64,000 bases of DNA, taken from IMG/VR virus record IMGVR_UViG_3300045988_055134, positions 1,364 to 65,363 of that record. One strand, given 5' to 3'. This DNA comes from a virus. The notes below the pieces were generated by a model. The model was given only the letters and a program-made list of their open reading frames with translations. It was not told the origin of the DNA and searched no databases. Shown in pieces: positions 16,778-26,485 of this stretch (the stretch's first letter is position 1; each line of letters opens with the position of its first letter). A program made the translations under genes and the position numbers.

Positions 16778-16839
16778 TAGGTAAGTTTTCAGAACTTAAT
16801 CTAAGATGGTATAAAAAAGAGAGGAAGAGGTGTAAAGTA

Positions 16840-17145
16840 ATGGGACGAATTACAAGACATAGCAAAGAGCGTATTGTTCAGCGAACCGATGGTTGCACTA
16901 GTTTTGCAGAAGCTAAAAAGCTAGCTAAGCAAGCTAAACGCTCCGGTGCGACGATTAATCAATTCCAGAAGTTTCCGCGATTTTTCTCTTACTTACAGAA
17001 CAAAAGAAATCAAACAAATACTTGCTCTATCAGAATATATCGGGGAAACATCTACATCTGGAGAGGTAAGGATACGCTCATTACCGCGCATCCTATTCCC
17101 GAGAGATATGTTAAAGAAATGGAGGCTATTGATAATGAAAAATGA
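16840..17145 (+). CDS. DUF4258-like (RelE/ParE-fold) small protein
   Basis: ITRHSKERIVQR motif; GAGAGGAAGAGG RBS. Confidence 0.4.
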   Translation: MGRITRHSKERIVQRTDGCTSFAEAKKLAKQAKRSGATINQFQKFPRFFSYLQNKRNQTNTCSIRIYRGNIYIWRGKDTLITAHPIPERYVKEMEAIDNEK

Positions 17146-17926
17146 AATTATGCAGCGTGTTCATGATCATCTGGAGGAAGCAAGAGAGACATTTGATAGC
17201 TCTCGTATCGTAGGTATTTTCCTTCAAGGCTCTCAAAATTATGGTTTGCAAATCCCGACTAGTGATGTGGATACCAAATTGATCCTCACTCCTACCTTTA
17301 AGGAGATTGTTTTCAATAAGAAACCAATCAGTACCACTCATGTTCGTGCCAACGATGAGTATACTGACCTTAAAGATATTCGCCTGATGTTCTCTACTTT
17401 CCGCAAGCAAAATCTCAATTTCATCGAGATCCTGTTCACTCCTTATCTGTGGGTAAATCCGCTTTTCGCAGATGAATGGAATAGACTGACTGCGGAACGC
17501 GAGAAAATTGCGCATTATTCTCCTTATAGTGCGGTAAAAACCATGAAGGGTATTGCTATGGAGAAGTACCATGCGATGGAGCATGAGTATCCTAGTAAAG
17601 TCGCCGTTCTCGCTAAATATGGCTACGACCCAAAACAGCTGCACCATCTACTGAGAGTACAGGAGTATATCCATCGTTATACTGAAGGCGAGTCTTACGA
17701 GGATTGTCTGCATCCCCGCAATCCAGAATTTCTTGTCGCAGTTAAGCAGGGATATTTTAATCTTGAGCAAGCGCGCATTTCTGCCAACAGTGCGATGGAA
17801 GATGTTCTTGCAACTGCGGACGCATTTTGTGAGAAAGTAGGCAAGTCTTTCGATCCTGAAGTCGATGAACTGCTTGATGATGTGCAATATAATATCGTGA
17901 AAGCCGCAATCCAGAAGGAGTTTTAA
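17135..17926 (+). CDS. Pol-beta superfamily nucleotidyltransferase (G-S-x10-SDVD)
   Basis: GSQNYGLQIPTSDVD motif; GGAGG RBS. Confidence 0.65.
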   Translation: MKNEIMQRVHDHLEEARETFDSSRIVGIFLQGSQNYGLQIPTSDVDTKLILTPTFKEIVFNKKPISTTHVRANDEYTDLKDIRLMFSTFRKQNLNFIEILFTPYLWVNPLFADEWNRLTAEREKIAHYSPYSAVKTMKGIAMEKYHAMEHEYPSKVAVLAKYGYDPKQLHHLLRVQEYIHRYTEGESYEDCLHPRNPEFLVAVKQGYFNLEQARISANSAMEDVLATADAFCEKVGKSFDPEVDELLDDVQYNIVKAAIQKEF

Positions 17927-17928
17927 GT

Positions 17929-18138
17929 ATGGGTACATTATATTTCGATAGAAGCAATGGCGAGCGCATTACTATTGCTGAGAATATTTCTAAACAAGAG
18001 GTATATAAATGTATTACTAAGGCTGTCAAGGATATGAACCCCAATTATAAGATTTATTATATGCGTGAGTGGGAGACCGCAGACGGCACAAGATATGACG
18101 TAGGTAGTCATACCGAGTTTTTCCAATTTGTTAAATAA
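17929..18138 (+). CDS. hypothetical protein
   Basis: ORF of 69 aa. Confidence 0.45.
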   Translation: MGTLYFDRSNGERITIAENISKQEVYKCITKAVKDMNPNYKIYYMREWETADGTRYDVGSHTEFFQFVK

Positions 18139-18186
18139 AAAAAAATAAGGGTCGAAGTATTTTAACTTCGACCCTTTAATTAAAAA
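18136..18186. terminator. bidirectional rho-independent terminator between convergent genes
   Basis: AAGGGTCGAAGT/ACTTCGACCCTT flanked by an A-run and a T-run. Confidence 0.7.
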
Positions 18187-18437
18187 TCTTTCCAAGTAAT
18201 TGTTTGCGGACTTCCAGTTCCACCGATCTCTTGATAGCGACCTTCGGAAGTGTAAATCAAAATAGCATCTTCTACAAAATAGATCTTTCCTTCTTCGCCA
18301 ACCTCGGGAAGTTCTGCTCTTGTAGTAATTTCTGCGCTTGTAGCGTTATCAATCTATTCCTTAACCCAGTTTTTTAGTTTGGCGTCATAGTGTGATAACA
18401 AGTTAAGGTCAATCAGTTTTTCTAATGCAACGCTCAT
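18180..18437 (-). CDS. fibre-family small protein with one in-frame TAG
   Basis: AAGGAGTG RBS on the minus strand; N-terminus MSVALEKLIDL. Confidence 0.5.
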
Positions 18438-18448
18438 TTTTTCACTCC

Positions 18449-18712
18449 TTAACCAAATAAATTATCAATGTCAGAAATATCGGCTAAGCTGCCATCAACG
18501 ACAACTGTCCCACCGCCTCCGCCACTACTTGACTTTTGTTTAATCCATTGACCCTGGTTATTCAATCTATAAACATTAGAGGTTGCAATAACCTCACAGG
18601 TACTGCCAGGGGCATAGTGGGTAGGAAGGGTGGCAATCTCGTCTTCGGTATCAGCTACTAAACGCACTAAATAGGGAGTTACTTTTTCCCCGCTCATCAT
18701 CTGAGAATACAT
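18449..18712 (-). CDS. hypothetical protein (Gly5 linker)
   Basis: Minus-strand ORF; start at the MYSQ methionine. Confidence 0.45.
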   Translation of the reverse strand: MYSQMMSGEKVTPYLVRLVADTEDEIATLPTHYAPGSTCEVIATSNVYRLNNQGQWIKQKSSSGGGGGTVVVDGSLADISDIDNLFG

Positions 18713-18856
18713 AGACAATCTGCCCCTTTCATTATTTTCTCTATTGTTATCTAAAAAATGATAATAAGAGTATATCAACTTTTGACCAAATAATAAGAGC
18801 AATTTGAAAATATTATATATTTATTATATAATATATATAGAAAGTGAGGGAAAGTA

Positions 18857-19255
18857 ATGAATAAGAACTTAAACAGCTACTTTAATTTAAGAGAACTTGT
18901 AAAAGACTATGGAGGTATTGAGAACTTTAGATTCTTTGGGCATTTGGACAAACCCGCAGGGTTATTTTTCTCTAGCTATTCCGATGATTGGGTAGAGTGT
19001 AAGTTGGAAGATGACCATTCTTATGGTGATCTTTACACGCTTGAAGGTGGCTATAAAGTAAAGGTTGTTCCTGCGAGAGATATGCGATATATTGGTCGCC
19101 ATTTCTATCAGCACGATCTACTTTCTATGATTAAAAATGGTTGTTTCATTCTTAAGACTGAAGATGGCGATCGTATTGTTGAACGAGAGGGAATTGAACC
19201 TTTGTGCGGAAGTGCCTATCTCTATCATCGTTGGCAAGAAGTTGTTAAGGAGTGA
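18857..19255 (+). CDS. hypothetical protein
   Basis: AGTGAGGGAAAG RBS downstream of a promoter element. Confidence 0.5.
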   Translation: MNKNLNSYFNLRELVKDYGGIENFRFFGHLDKPAGLFFSSYSDDWVECKLEDDHSYGDLYTLEGGYKVKVVPARDMRYIGRHFYQHDLLSMIKNGCFILKTEDGDRIVEREGIEPLCGSAYLYHRWQEVVKE

Positions 19256-19656
19256 TTATTATTCGTATCTGGCACCAAAAACTTATTCCCTATCTTGACC
19301 GTCAGCGTCTCTTAGGTCAGCATCGAGAATGCGCGGCTCTAAGAGGAAAAGGTTGGGGCAAGAAGCACGCAACTGTAGACTACGCTTTTACACATGACCC
19401 TGCTCTACTTGTCGCTTATCATTATCTGATTATGGACGAGATGGAGAAGCGTGGTTACCATCCAGATAAGATTTGGAAGAATCCGAACTGGCGAGGTGCT
19501 ACGCTAGGGGAAGATACATGGATTTCTGATTCCCGATATAAGGAAATTTATGAAACCGCAAAGCAGGGTAATATGATTTATCCTGAACATGATGACAGCT
19601 ATCTGCAAGAGTGTATTCGCATTTTGCATGATAAAGGAATTGACATTATGCTTTAA
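19252..19656 (+). CDS. denV: pyrimidine-dimer DNA glycosylase (T4 endonuclease V family)
   Basis: RIW..L..QRLLGQHRE motif; GTGA coupling to the upstream gene. Confidence 0.7.
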   Translation: MIIIRIWHQKLIPYLDRQRLLGQHRECAALRGKGWGKKHATVDYAFTHDPALLVAYHYLIMDEMEKRGYHPDKIWKNPNWRGATLGEDTWISDSRYKEIYETAKQGNMIYPEHDDSYLQECIRILHDKGIDIML

Positions 19657-19677
19657 TTAACAAGAGGAGGTTATAAT

Positions 19678-19851
19678 ATGATGCCTTATGTATGCAAAGG
19701 TACTATCGTTAATGTGGCTGGTGGTTACACCGGCAAGATCATTGGCATAAATCGTAAGACCAAGGTTGCGGTAATCTATACCGGCAAGGTATCTATTGCA
19801 ACCAAACTTGAGAATGTGGAAGTGGTTTCCTATAAAGATGTAGATGAATAA
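19678..19851 (+). CDS. 57-aa hypothetical protein
   Basis: Strong AGGAGG RBS. Confidence 0.5.
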   Translation: MMPYVCKGTIVNVAGGYTGKIIGINRKTKVAVIYTGKVSIATKLENVEVVSYKDVDE

Positions 19852-20188
19852 AGATATAAGATCTTATTATAAGGAAGAAAATCTTAATTTTAGACCTAGG
19901 TCAGAACAGATACGAGAGCTGGCGCGAGAATTTCAAGACAATCTGCAACAATTTGGTGAATGTATTCAGAAAACCCAAGAGTGTGCAAAACAGACGATGG
20001 GTATTATTGATGAAGCGAAGGGTCTTAATCAATCAATGATGAATTCGTGTCAAAAGATTTCAACTGCGTGTCAAGAGGTTTCGACTTCATGTCGAGAAAT
20101 TTCAGATGGTTGTCAAAATATAATTACCGCTACTAATAAAGCAAAAGAAGTAGGAAACACAATTAAACAAACTATAAGGAGAGTGTAA
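19844..20188 (+). CDS. hypothetical protein
   Basis: ORF of 114 aa. Confidence 0.5.
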   Translation: MNKDIRSYYKEENLNFRPRSEQIRELAREFQDNLQQFGECIQKTQECAKQTMGIIDEAKGLNQSMMNSCQKISTACQEVSTSCREISDGCQNIITATNKAKEVGNTIKQTIRRV

Positions 20189-20191
20189 GTT

Positions 20192-21457
20192 ATGGCATAT
20201 TTTGGTTTGATAACTCGACTGCAGAACTGCCGCAAGGACGAGAACTCTGATCGTCTGTATCTCGCCGATTGCTTTAATGAAGGCGTCATCATCGGTCCTG
20301 ACATGAAGACCGGCGACCCTGTTCTGTATCTGCCTACCGACGGCGAGATTGACCATTGGTTTGGTGATAAATTCAAACTCTTCCGCAAGAATGAGGATGG
20401 TACTGAGCAGGGTGGTTATCTGGAGAATAATGGCCATGTGCGGGCGATTAAGCTCCGTGGCAACCAGAGTTCTGGTATTGTCATTTCTCTTCCTCATGTC
20501 TATGAGGTATTTGGCGATCAGCATTGGGAGGATGGCGACAAGGTAAATACCGTCAATGATAAAGAGTTCTGCCGCAAGTATATCCCGAAGCGTAAATATC
20601 CGCAGACTGCGGCCAAGACTTCTTATAAGGGTCGTAAGGCAGAGGGTATTGTATATCCGGATTTTGCAATGCACATTGATACTGCGCAGCTTGCTTACAA
20701 TCTTGATGCGTTCCGTCCGGGTGATCAGTTGAACATGACTCTCAAGATGCACGGTACTTCTCAGCGTTCTATGAATACTGTTGCGGAGCTGCCGAATGGC
20801 TTCTTTCGTCGTCTGTTTCATATGAAGAAGCGTACTAAGCAGGCTTATGTACTTGGTACTCGTCGTTGTGTAGTTTCTGAGGATGATGGTGGCTACTACG
20901 GTGATAATAAGTTTCGACTGCCGCATCACGAGGCGCTGAAGCCGTTCCTTGAGCCGGGCATGGAAGTCTTTTACGAGGTCGTAGGTTACTATGGTCTTGG
21001 CGATGGAGATACTATCATGCCGATTGGCGATAACTCGAAGCTGAAAGATAAGGCTTTCCAGAAGCAGTTCGGCAAGCGTTCTATTTTCTCTTACGGGTGC
21101 GAGCCGGGTGAGTCTCATATGTGGATTTACCGCATCACTTCTGAGAACGGCGAGCGCGAGTGGACTCCTGACGAGATTACTGCATGGTGCGATAAGCATG
21201 GCTTTAATCGAGTACCAGTGATTGACAACTTTGAGTTTACTACCGTAGATGATCTGTTGAAGCGCATCAATGATTACTTCGAGGATCTTGCAGACCCGAT
21301 TGGCAAAACTCATGTCAAGGAGGGCGTTGTAATCCGTATTGTAAATCGTCGTTCTTTCACTGCTTTCAAGTCTAAGACCTACGAGTTTAAGGTACTTGAA
21401 GGTATCATTAAGGAGACTGAAACCGCTCCAGATATGGAGGAAGCGCAGGAGGTATGA
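20192..21457 (+). CDS. RNA ligase, Rnl2/Rnl5-like (motif I KMHGTS) with N-terminal extension
   Basis: KxHGT nucleotidyltransferase motif. Confidence 0.6.
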   Translation: MAYFGLITRLQNCRKDENSDRLYLADCFNEGVIIGPDMKTGDPVLYLPTDGEIDHWFGDKFKLFRKNEDGTEQGGYLENNGHVRAIKLRGNQSSGIVISLPHVYEVFGDQHWEDGDKVNTVNDKEFCRKYIPKRKYPQTAAKTSYKGRKAEGIVYPDFAMHIDTAQLAYNLDAFRPGDQLNMTLKMHGTSQRSMNTVAELPNGFFRRLFHMKKRTKQAYVLGTRRCVVSEDDGGYYGDNKFRLPHHEALKPFLEPGMEVFYEVVGYYGLGDGDTIMPIGDNSKLKDKAFQKQFGKRSIFSYGCEPGESHMWIYRITSENGEREWTPDEITAWCDKHGFNRVPVIDNFEFTTVDDLLKRINDYFEDLADPIGKTHVKEGVVIRIVNRRSFTAFKSKTYEFKVLEGIIKETETAPDMEEAQEV

Positions 21458-21606
21458 AAATTATTTGTTTTCTCTTGTGGATTGCTACAATCATTATTGG
21501 TCAGATTATTGGAGCTGACCAAGAAGATTTGGCAACCGCTTATCAGGCAGGGTTTATGTTTGGCAACTTAGCGGTTGCATTTGCGTATATTGCATTATTT
21601 GGGTAA
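21454..21606 (+). CDS. small membrane peptide
   Basis: ATGA overlap with the upstream gene; hydrophobic. Confidence 0.4.
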   Translation: MKIICFLLWIATIIIGQIIGADQEDLATAYQAGFMFGNLAVAFAYIALFG

Positions 21607-21618
21607 AGGAGAATATAA

Positions 21619-22008
21619 ATGGTTAATTGGATGATTGTTGCATTGATCGCGGCGATGCTGTTTGTAATGCTGCTTATCGTTTCTATTAAGGTATTTGGCC
21701 ATGAATACGATTGGATTGCGGCGCTCGGCGCAGCTTTTTGTGGCGTGACGGCCTTAGTTATTCTGCTTGTTGCTATTTCTTATAGCATGGAATATAAAAA
21801 CTTTGAAGCATCGTTTGAAATCCAGAGACAGACTATTGCTGCACTAACTGAAAAAAATAACATCAATAGTGACAATCTACTCTATATGGCTGATATGGTA
21901 GAAGCTAATAAACAGCTCGCAGAAATGCAGGCAAGCAAGAGAAATTGGAAAAACTGGAGTATGTATCCAGATAGTGTGCTTGATATTAAGCCTATTGGTC
22001 TGGATTAA
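21619..22008 (+). CDS. membrane protein (2 TM)
   Basis: AAGGAGAA RBS. Confidence 0.5.
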   Translation: MVNWMIVALIAAMLFVMLLIVSIKVFGHEYDWIAALGAAFCGVTALVILLVAISYSMEYKNFEASFEIQRQTIAALTEKNNINSDNLLYMADMVEANKQLAEMQASKRNWKNWSMYPDSVLDIKPIGLD

Positions 22009-22012
22009 AAAC

Positions 22013-22047
22013 ATGAGAGCCTTGTTCAAAGGCTCTCTTTTATTTTT
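22013..22047 (+). terminator. rho-independent terminator
   Basis: GAGAGCCTT/AAGGCTCTC followed by a T-run. Confidence 0.7.
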
Positions 22048-22048
22048 A

Positions 22049-22057
22049 TAAATAATT
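22049..22057 (+). promoter_or_regulatory. extended -10 element TGATATAAT
   Basis: Promoter family member. Confidence 0.5.
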
Positions 22058-22095
22058 ATGATATAATTAAAGAATAAGGAAAGGAGTTTTCCCCT

Positions 22096-22608
22096 ATGAA
22101 GAAAATTCTTATTGTAATTGATATGCAGAATGATTTTGTGACCGGCGCACTCGGTTCTGAAGCTGCTCAGACTGCGACAAAGAACATTGCCGATCATATT
22201 AAGGACTACGATATGGTTGTCTTTACTCGTGACACTCACAATGATGATTATCTCAATACTCTTGAAGGCAAGTATCTGCCGGTTCAGCATTGTGTGAAGA
22301 ATACTGAGGGTTGGGATATTGTTCCCGAATTAACAGACGCGGCTTCTGCAATTAAGAACTTTTATGTTATTGATAAGGATACTTTTGGTACCTTTATGTG
22401 GAAGAATATGCCGGTAAAGGATACTGCACAGATTGAGATTTGCGGTGTTTGCACTGACATTTGTGTTGTATCGAATGCACTGATCCTTCGAGCACTCTAT
22501 CCCAATAGAGAAATTGTATGCCATAAGGATTGGTGCGCCGGTACTACCAAGGAAGCGCATGAAGCAGCTCTGGCAGTAATGAAGTCTTGCCAGATTAAAA
22601 TTGTGTAA
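22096..22608 (+). CDS. isochorismatase-family hydrolase (nicotinamidase PncA-like)
   Basis: ILIVIDMQNDF; catalytic Cys in CGVCTDICV. Confidence 0.75.
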   Translation: MKKILIVIDMQNDFVTGALGSEAAQTATKNIADHIKDYDMVVFTRDTHNDDYLNTLEGKYLPVQHCVKNTEGWDIVPELTDAASAIKNFYVIDKDTFGTFMWKNMPVKDTAQIEICGVCTDICVVSNALILRALYPNREIVCHKDWCAGTTKEAHEAALAVMKSCQIKIV

Positions 22609-22620
22609 GGAGAATATATT

Positions 22621-23433
22621 ATGCTTTCTGTTAAAACTTTCTCTTACCCCGGAATTTGGCTGCCAGTTATTCAGAGTCATTTTCCAGATGGGACTTTACG
22701 TTTGGAACCTCCGGAGTTGAGTAATACTTTTGCTTCCGCAATACGGTGGGACTATGAAAACGATGCAGAATTATTCTCGCTTATTTGTTTAAAGAACCAC
22801 TATTGCAATGATAATATCTCGCTTTATATGCCCTACTGTCCGCACGCCCGCATGGACAGAGTAAAGAGTTCTAATGATGTTTTTACTCTCAAGAGTTTTG
22901 CAGGCATTATCAACTCGCTTAATTTCTCTAAGGTAGTTGTCTATGATGCACACAGTAATGTAAGTCTAGCACTTATTGATCGTGTTGAAAATCGTGATAA
23001 CACTCCTTTTGTTGAACGTGCAATCAACAAAATCAGCGATCCAGATCTTGTTATGTATTATCCTGATGAGGGAGCAATGAAGAGATACTCTGAACAGTTT
23101 AATCGTCCTTATAGTTTCGGCATGAAGAAGCGAGATTGGGCGACTGGTAACATTAAAGGCATTGATATTATCAACAAGGAAGCTGTAAGAGGCAAGAATA
23201 TTCTTATTGTTGATGATATTTGTTCGCGCGGCGGCACCTTCTTCCATTCTGCTAAGGCACTTAAAGCTGAGGGTGCGAAGAATATTTATCTCTTTATCAC
23301 TCATTGCGAAACCACTATCATGGAAGGAGAGCTAATCAAGAGTGGACTGATTAAGCACATCTTTACGACCAACTCTCTTGCTAGTAATTTCCCAACTAAT
23401 CTCATCACTGTCGACCCTATTATTCTTTCATAA
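22621..23433 (+). CDS. ribose-phosphate pyrophosphokinase (Prs)-family enzyme; candidate ADPR-PP synthetase (Adps-like)
   Basis: PRPP-binding motif ILIVDDICSRGGT and overall Prs-like layout. Confidence 0.7.
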   Translation: MLSVKTFSYPGIWLPVIQSHFPDGTLRLEPPELSNTFASAIRWDYENDAELFSLICLKNHYCNDNISLYMPYCPHARMDRVKSSNDVFTLKSFAGIINSLNFSKVVVYDAHSNVSLALIDRVENRDNTPFVERAINKISDPDLVMYYPDEGAMKRYSEQFNRPYSFGMKKRDWATGNIKGIDIINKEAVRGKNILIVDDICSRGGTFFHSAKALKAEGAKNIYLFITHCETTIMEGELIKSGLIKHIFTTNSLASNFPTNLITVDPIILS

Positions 23434-23448
23434 AGGAGTTTTGCATAA

Positions 23449-25173
23449 ATGTTTAATCCTCTGTTAATGATTGATTTCTATAAGAGCACTCACCATGAGC
23501 AGTATCCCGCGGGATTAACTAAGATGGTTAGTTACTATACTCCTCGTATGAGTAGGCTGCAGGGAGTTGATAAAGTTACTCTCTTTGGTCTGCAAGCCTT
23601 TATTAAAGAATATCTTATTGCAGGCTTCAACGATAGTTTCTTTAATCGCTCGGAGGATGAGGTAGTGACCGAGTATGAACGTGTGCTCAATGCCACGCTC
23701 GGTAAAGGTGCTTTCCAGTCTGATAAGATTAGAGAACTGCATCGACTCGGTTATTTGCCGCTTGAAATCTCCGCTGTCCCGGAAGGTACTAGAACTGCGA
23801 TTGGAGTTCCACAGATTGAGATCACTAATACCCATCCAAACTTTGTTTGGCTTGTAAATACCATTGAAACTCTGCTGTCTGCAACTATGTGGCATACGCA
23901 GGTATCCGCGGAAGTCGGCTATCGGTATCGTCAGATTGTGCAGCAGTATCACGATATTAGTTGTGATGATGATGTTTCTGTCGCTCGACTGCTTGGTGAT
24001 TTCTCTATGCGCGGTCAGCAGTCTGCAGAATCCGCGATTAAGAGTTCTGCGGGTTGGTGTCTTTCTTTCTTGAATACTGCTACTGTACCCGCAATTATGT
24101 GGCTTGAGAAGAACTATAATTGTGATTGTGCTACTGAGCCTGTTGCTTATGGCGCAATCTCTACAGAGCACAGTGTTATGTGTTCTAATTACGCGGTTGA
24201 TGGTGATGAGATCACTCATATCCGCAGACTTCTAACAGAGATTTATCCTCACCACAATTTCTCTATGGTATCTGATAGTTATGACTATTGGAGACTCGTA
24301 GATAAGATCCTTCCGCAGTTGAAAGACGAAATTATGGCGCATGATGGTTGTCTTTCTATTCGTGGTGACAGCGGCGATCCTGTGGAGATTATCGCAGGAA
24401 AAGAAATCTTCTATCTCGACGAGAAGGAATGGAAGAACCTAAAAGATGACCCCAGCGAATTCGTTGCTGAGTTCTTTGAACGAGACTTAAAGGAGGACAC
24501 TCAGCAGATTTTCTCTTACAATGGAGAGTATGCTCTTGCTGACATCACAGTCGAATGGACTAATGAGCGTGGGGCTTGGACTGATTGCAAATATTGGTTC
24601 ATTGAAGGCTATAACGTCAAACTGACTGAAAACTATGAGCTTACTTCCGAAGATAAAGGAACCGTCTGGCGCCTGTGGGATATTTTCGGTGGCACCATCA
24701 ATAGCAAGGGTTATAAGGTTCTTGATCCCCACATTAAAGCTATCTATGGTGATAGTATTACTCCTCAGCGTTGCGCTCGTATTTATCATCGCCTTGTGAA
24801 TAATGGATTTGCCATTAACAACACTTCACTTGGCGTGGGTTCGTTCTCGTTCATGTGTCTTGAGGAAGATGGTAAGTTTAATCCTTATACGAGAGATACT
24901 TTCGGCATTGCGGTAAAAGCTACTTACGCAGAAGATGCAAATGGCAAGCCTATTATGATCTATAAGCAGCCTAAAGCGCTTAGCTGGAAGAAGTCTCAAA
25001 AGGGTTGCTGTCGAGTTTGTCTTGATGGTCAGAGTTATGAAGATGAGCTGACTTGGAATGAACACCTTGGTGAAGACAACCTGCTTCAACCCATTTTCCG
25101 TAATGGCACTATGATTAAGGAGGATACATTGCATGATATTAGAGCAAGACTCTACCGAGAAGGTTTTATGTGA
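23449..25173 (+). CDS. nicotinamide phosphoribosyltransferase family (NAMPT/NadV/Namat-like)
   Basis: N-terminus NPLLMIDFYKSTHHEQYP resembles NAMPT. Confidence 0.8.
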   Translation: MFNPLLMIDFYKSTHHEQYPAGLTKMVSYYTPRMSRLQGVDKVTLFGLQAFIKEYLIAGFNDSFFNRSEDEVVTEYERVLNATLGKGAFQSDKIRELHRLGYLPLEISAVPEGTRTAIGVPQIEITNTHPNFVWLVNTIETLLSATMWHTQVSAEVGYRYRQIVQQYHDISCDDDVSVARLLGDFSMRGQQSAESAIKSSAGWCLSFLNTATVPAIMWLEKNYNCDCATEPVAYGAISTEHSVMCSNYAVDGDEITHIRRLLTEIYPHHNFSMVSDSYDYWRLVDKILPQLKDEIMAHDGCLSIRGDSGDPVEIIAGKEIFYLDEKEWKNLKDDPSEFVAEFFERDLKEDTQQIFSYNGEYALADITVEWTNERGAWTDCKYWFIEGYNVKLTENYELTSEDKGTVWRLWDIFGGTINSKGYKVLDPHIKAIYGDSITPQRCARIYHRLVNNGFAINNTSLGVGSFSFMCLEEDGKFNPYTRDTFGIAVKATYAEDANGKPIMIYKQPKALSWKKSQKGCCRVCLDGQSYEDELTWNEHLGEDNLLQPIFRNGTMIKEDTLHDIRARLYREGFM

Positions 25174-25594
25174 TCCATATATCTACACTCATAATGCCGC
25201 TGAGAGACTATACAATGAATATAAGAAGTATGGCAGTATAATCATAGCATTTGACTTTGATTATACTGTCCATAATTTCAAAGATGAACAATGGCGCTAT
25301 GATGGTGTAATTAACTTGCTGCGGGCATGGCAACCATATGCCAAGCTCGTTGTATTTACAGCTTCCGCGGAAGAGCGTTATCCATATATTGAAAAATATT
25401 TACGCGATAATGATATTCCATTTGGCTATATCAATGAAGATATTCTTCCACCAGAAAAGCATACCCCAGCGCGAAAAATTTATTACAATATTTTGCTCGA
25501 TGATCGCGCTGGGCTTGGTAATGCGTTCGCAATATTGAGAGAAGTATACAATAGACTTGAAGCAGAAGGAGAACTTAAAACATGGAGAAAGTAA
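25133..25594 (+). CDS. HAD-superfamily phosphatase/nucleotidase-like
   Basis: DxDxT motif FDFDYTV; LDDR. Confidence 0.5.
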   Translation: MILEQDSTEKVLCDPYIYTHNAAERLYNEYKKYGSIIIAFDFDYTVHNFKDEQWRYDGVINLLRAWQPYAKLVVFTASAEERYPYIEKYLRDNDIPFGYINEDILPPEKHTPARKIYYNILLDDRAGLGNAFAILREVYNRLEAEGELKTWRK

Positions 25595-26316
25595 TTCCTA
25601 AGATTTTAGATTGGACTAAGAACTATTTTGTGCAGAATGGCGCAGATTGCAAGGCAATCATCGGTATTTCTGGCGGTAAAGATAGCACTGTAACTGCGGC
25701 GCTTCTCGTTAAAGCGCTCGGAAAAGACAGGGTAATTGGTGTAAAGATGCCGCAGGGCAATCAGCATGACATCGACATTGCCAATAAAGTAATTGATTAT
25801 CTCGGTATTCGGAGTTACGAAATCAATATTGGCGATGTCTGTGAATCCTTATATCATGCTATTGATGAGGGGTATGATTTTGATAGTACGGTTAAAAACA
25901 ATCCCCAAGTTACTTCTAACTCTCCTGCCCGCGTCCGCATGACAGTGCTTTATGCTATTGCTGCGCTTGAACATGGTAGAGTAGCAAATACCTGCAACAA
26001 GAGCGAGGATTTTATTGGTTACTCTACTAAGTTTGGCGACTCCGCAGGTGATTTTTCTCTTCTGTCGAACCTTACAGTAAAGGAAGTTCTTGCTATTGGT
26101 AGAGAACTGGGCTTGCCGGAAGAGTTTATTAGCAAAGCACCGGAAGATGGTCTTAGTGGAAAAACTGACGAAGATAATCTTGGTTTTACCTACAAAGAGC
26201 TAGATGATTTTCTTGTATTTGGCAATGTACCTGACTACGACACCTTTGCCAATATTATGGAACGTCACCACCGTAATCTCCATAAGGTAGAACCGATGCC
26301 TACTTTTCCGTGGTAA
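25582..26316 (+). CDS. nadE: NH3-dependent NAD+ synthetase
   Basis: PP-loop GISGGKDST. Confidence 0.8.
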   Translation: MEKVIPKILDWTKNYFVQNGADCKAIIGISGGKDSTVTAALLVKALGKDRVIGVKMPQGNQHDIDIANKVIDYLGIRSYEINIGDVCESLYHAIDEGYDFDSTVKNNPQVTSNSPARVRMTVLYAIAALEHGRVANTCNKSEDFIGYSTKFGDSAGDFSLLSNLTVKEVLAIGRELGLPEEFISKAPEDGLSGKTDEDNLGFTYKELDDFLVFGNVPDYDTFANIMERHHRNLHKVEPMPTFPW

Positions 26317-26325
26317 ACATAGATT

Positions 26326-26356
26326 TTAAGGGAGCTTAAAGCTCCCTTTATTTTTT
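26326..26356 (+). terminator. rho-independent terminator
   Basis: AAGGGAGCTT/AAGCTCCCTT followed by a T-run. Confidence 0.7.
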
Positions 26357-26485
26357 ATAAAATATATGTTATTATATATACATAAAATAAAGAAGAATGA
26401 AAAGCAATAGCTGTTATATCTTATTTGATTTAGATTATCCGTTTATTGCAGATAATGCGATTGATTTAACTAAGGAGGTTTTGTA

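Noticed and set aside
20102-21313. 403-aa ORF on the minus strand antisense to the RNA ligase gene; similar long antisense ORFs at 14023-15021, 15439-16308, 11710-12414, 12439-13113 and 45136-46065
   Set aside because: They lie exactly antisense to + strand genes with clear motifs and RBSs, have no RBS or promoter of their own, and are low-complexity. They are typical shadow ORFs.
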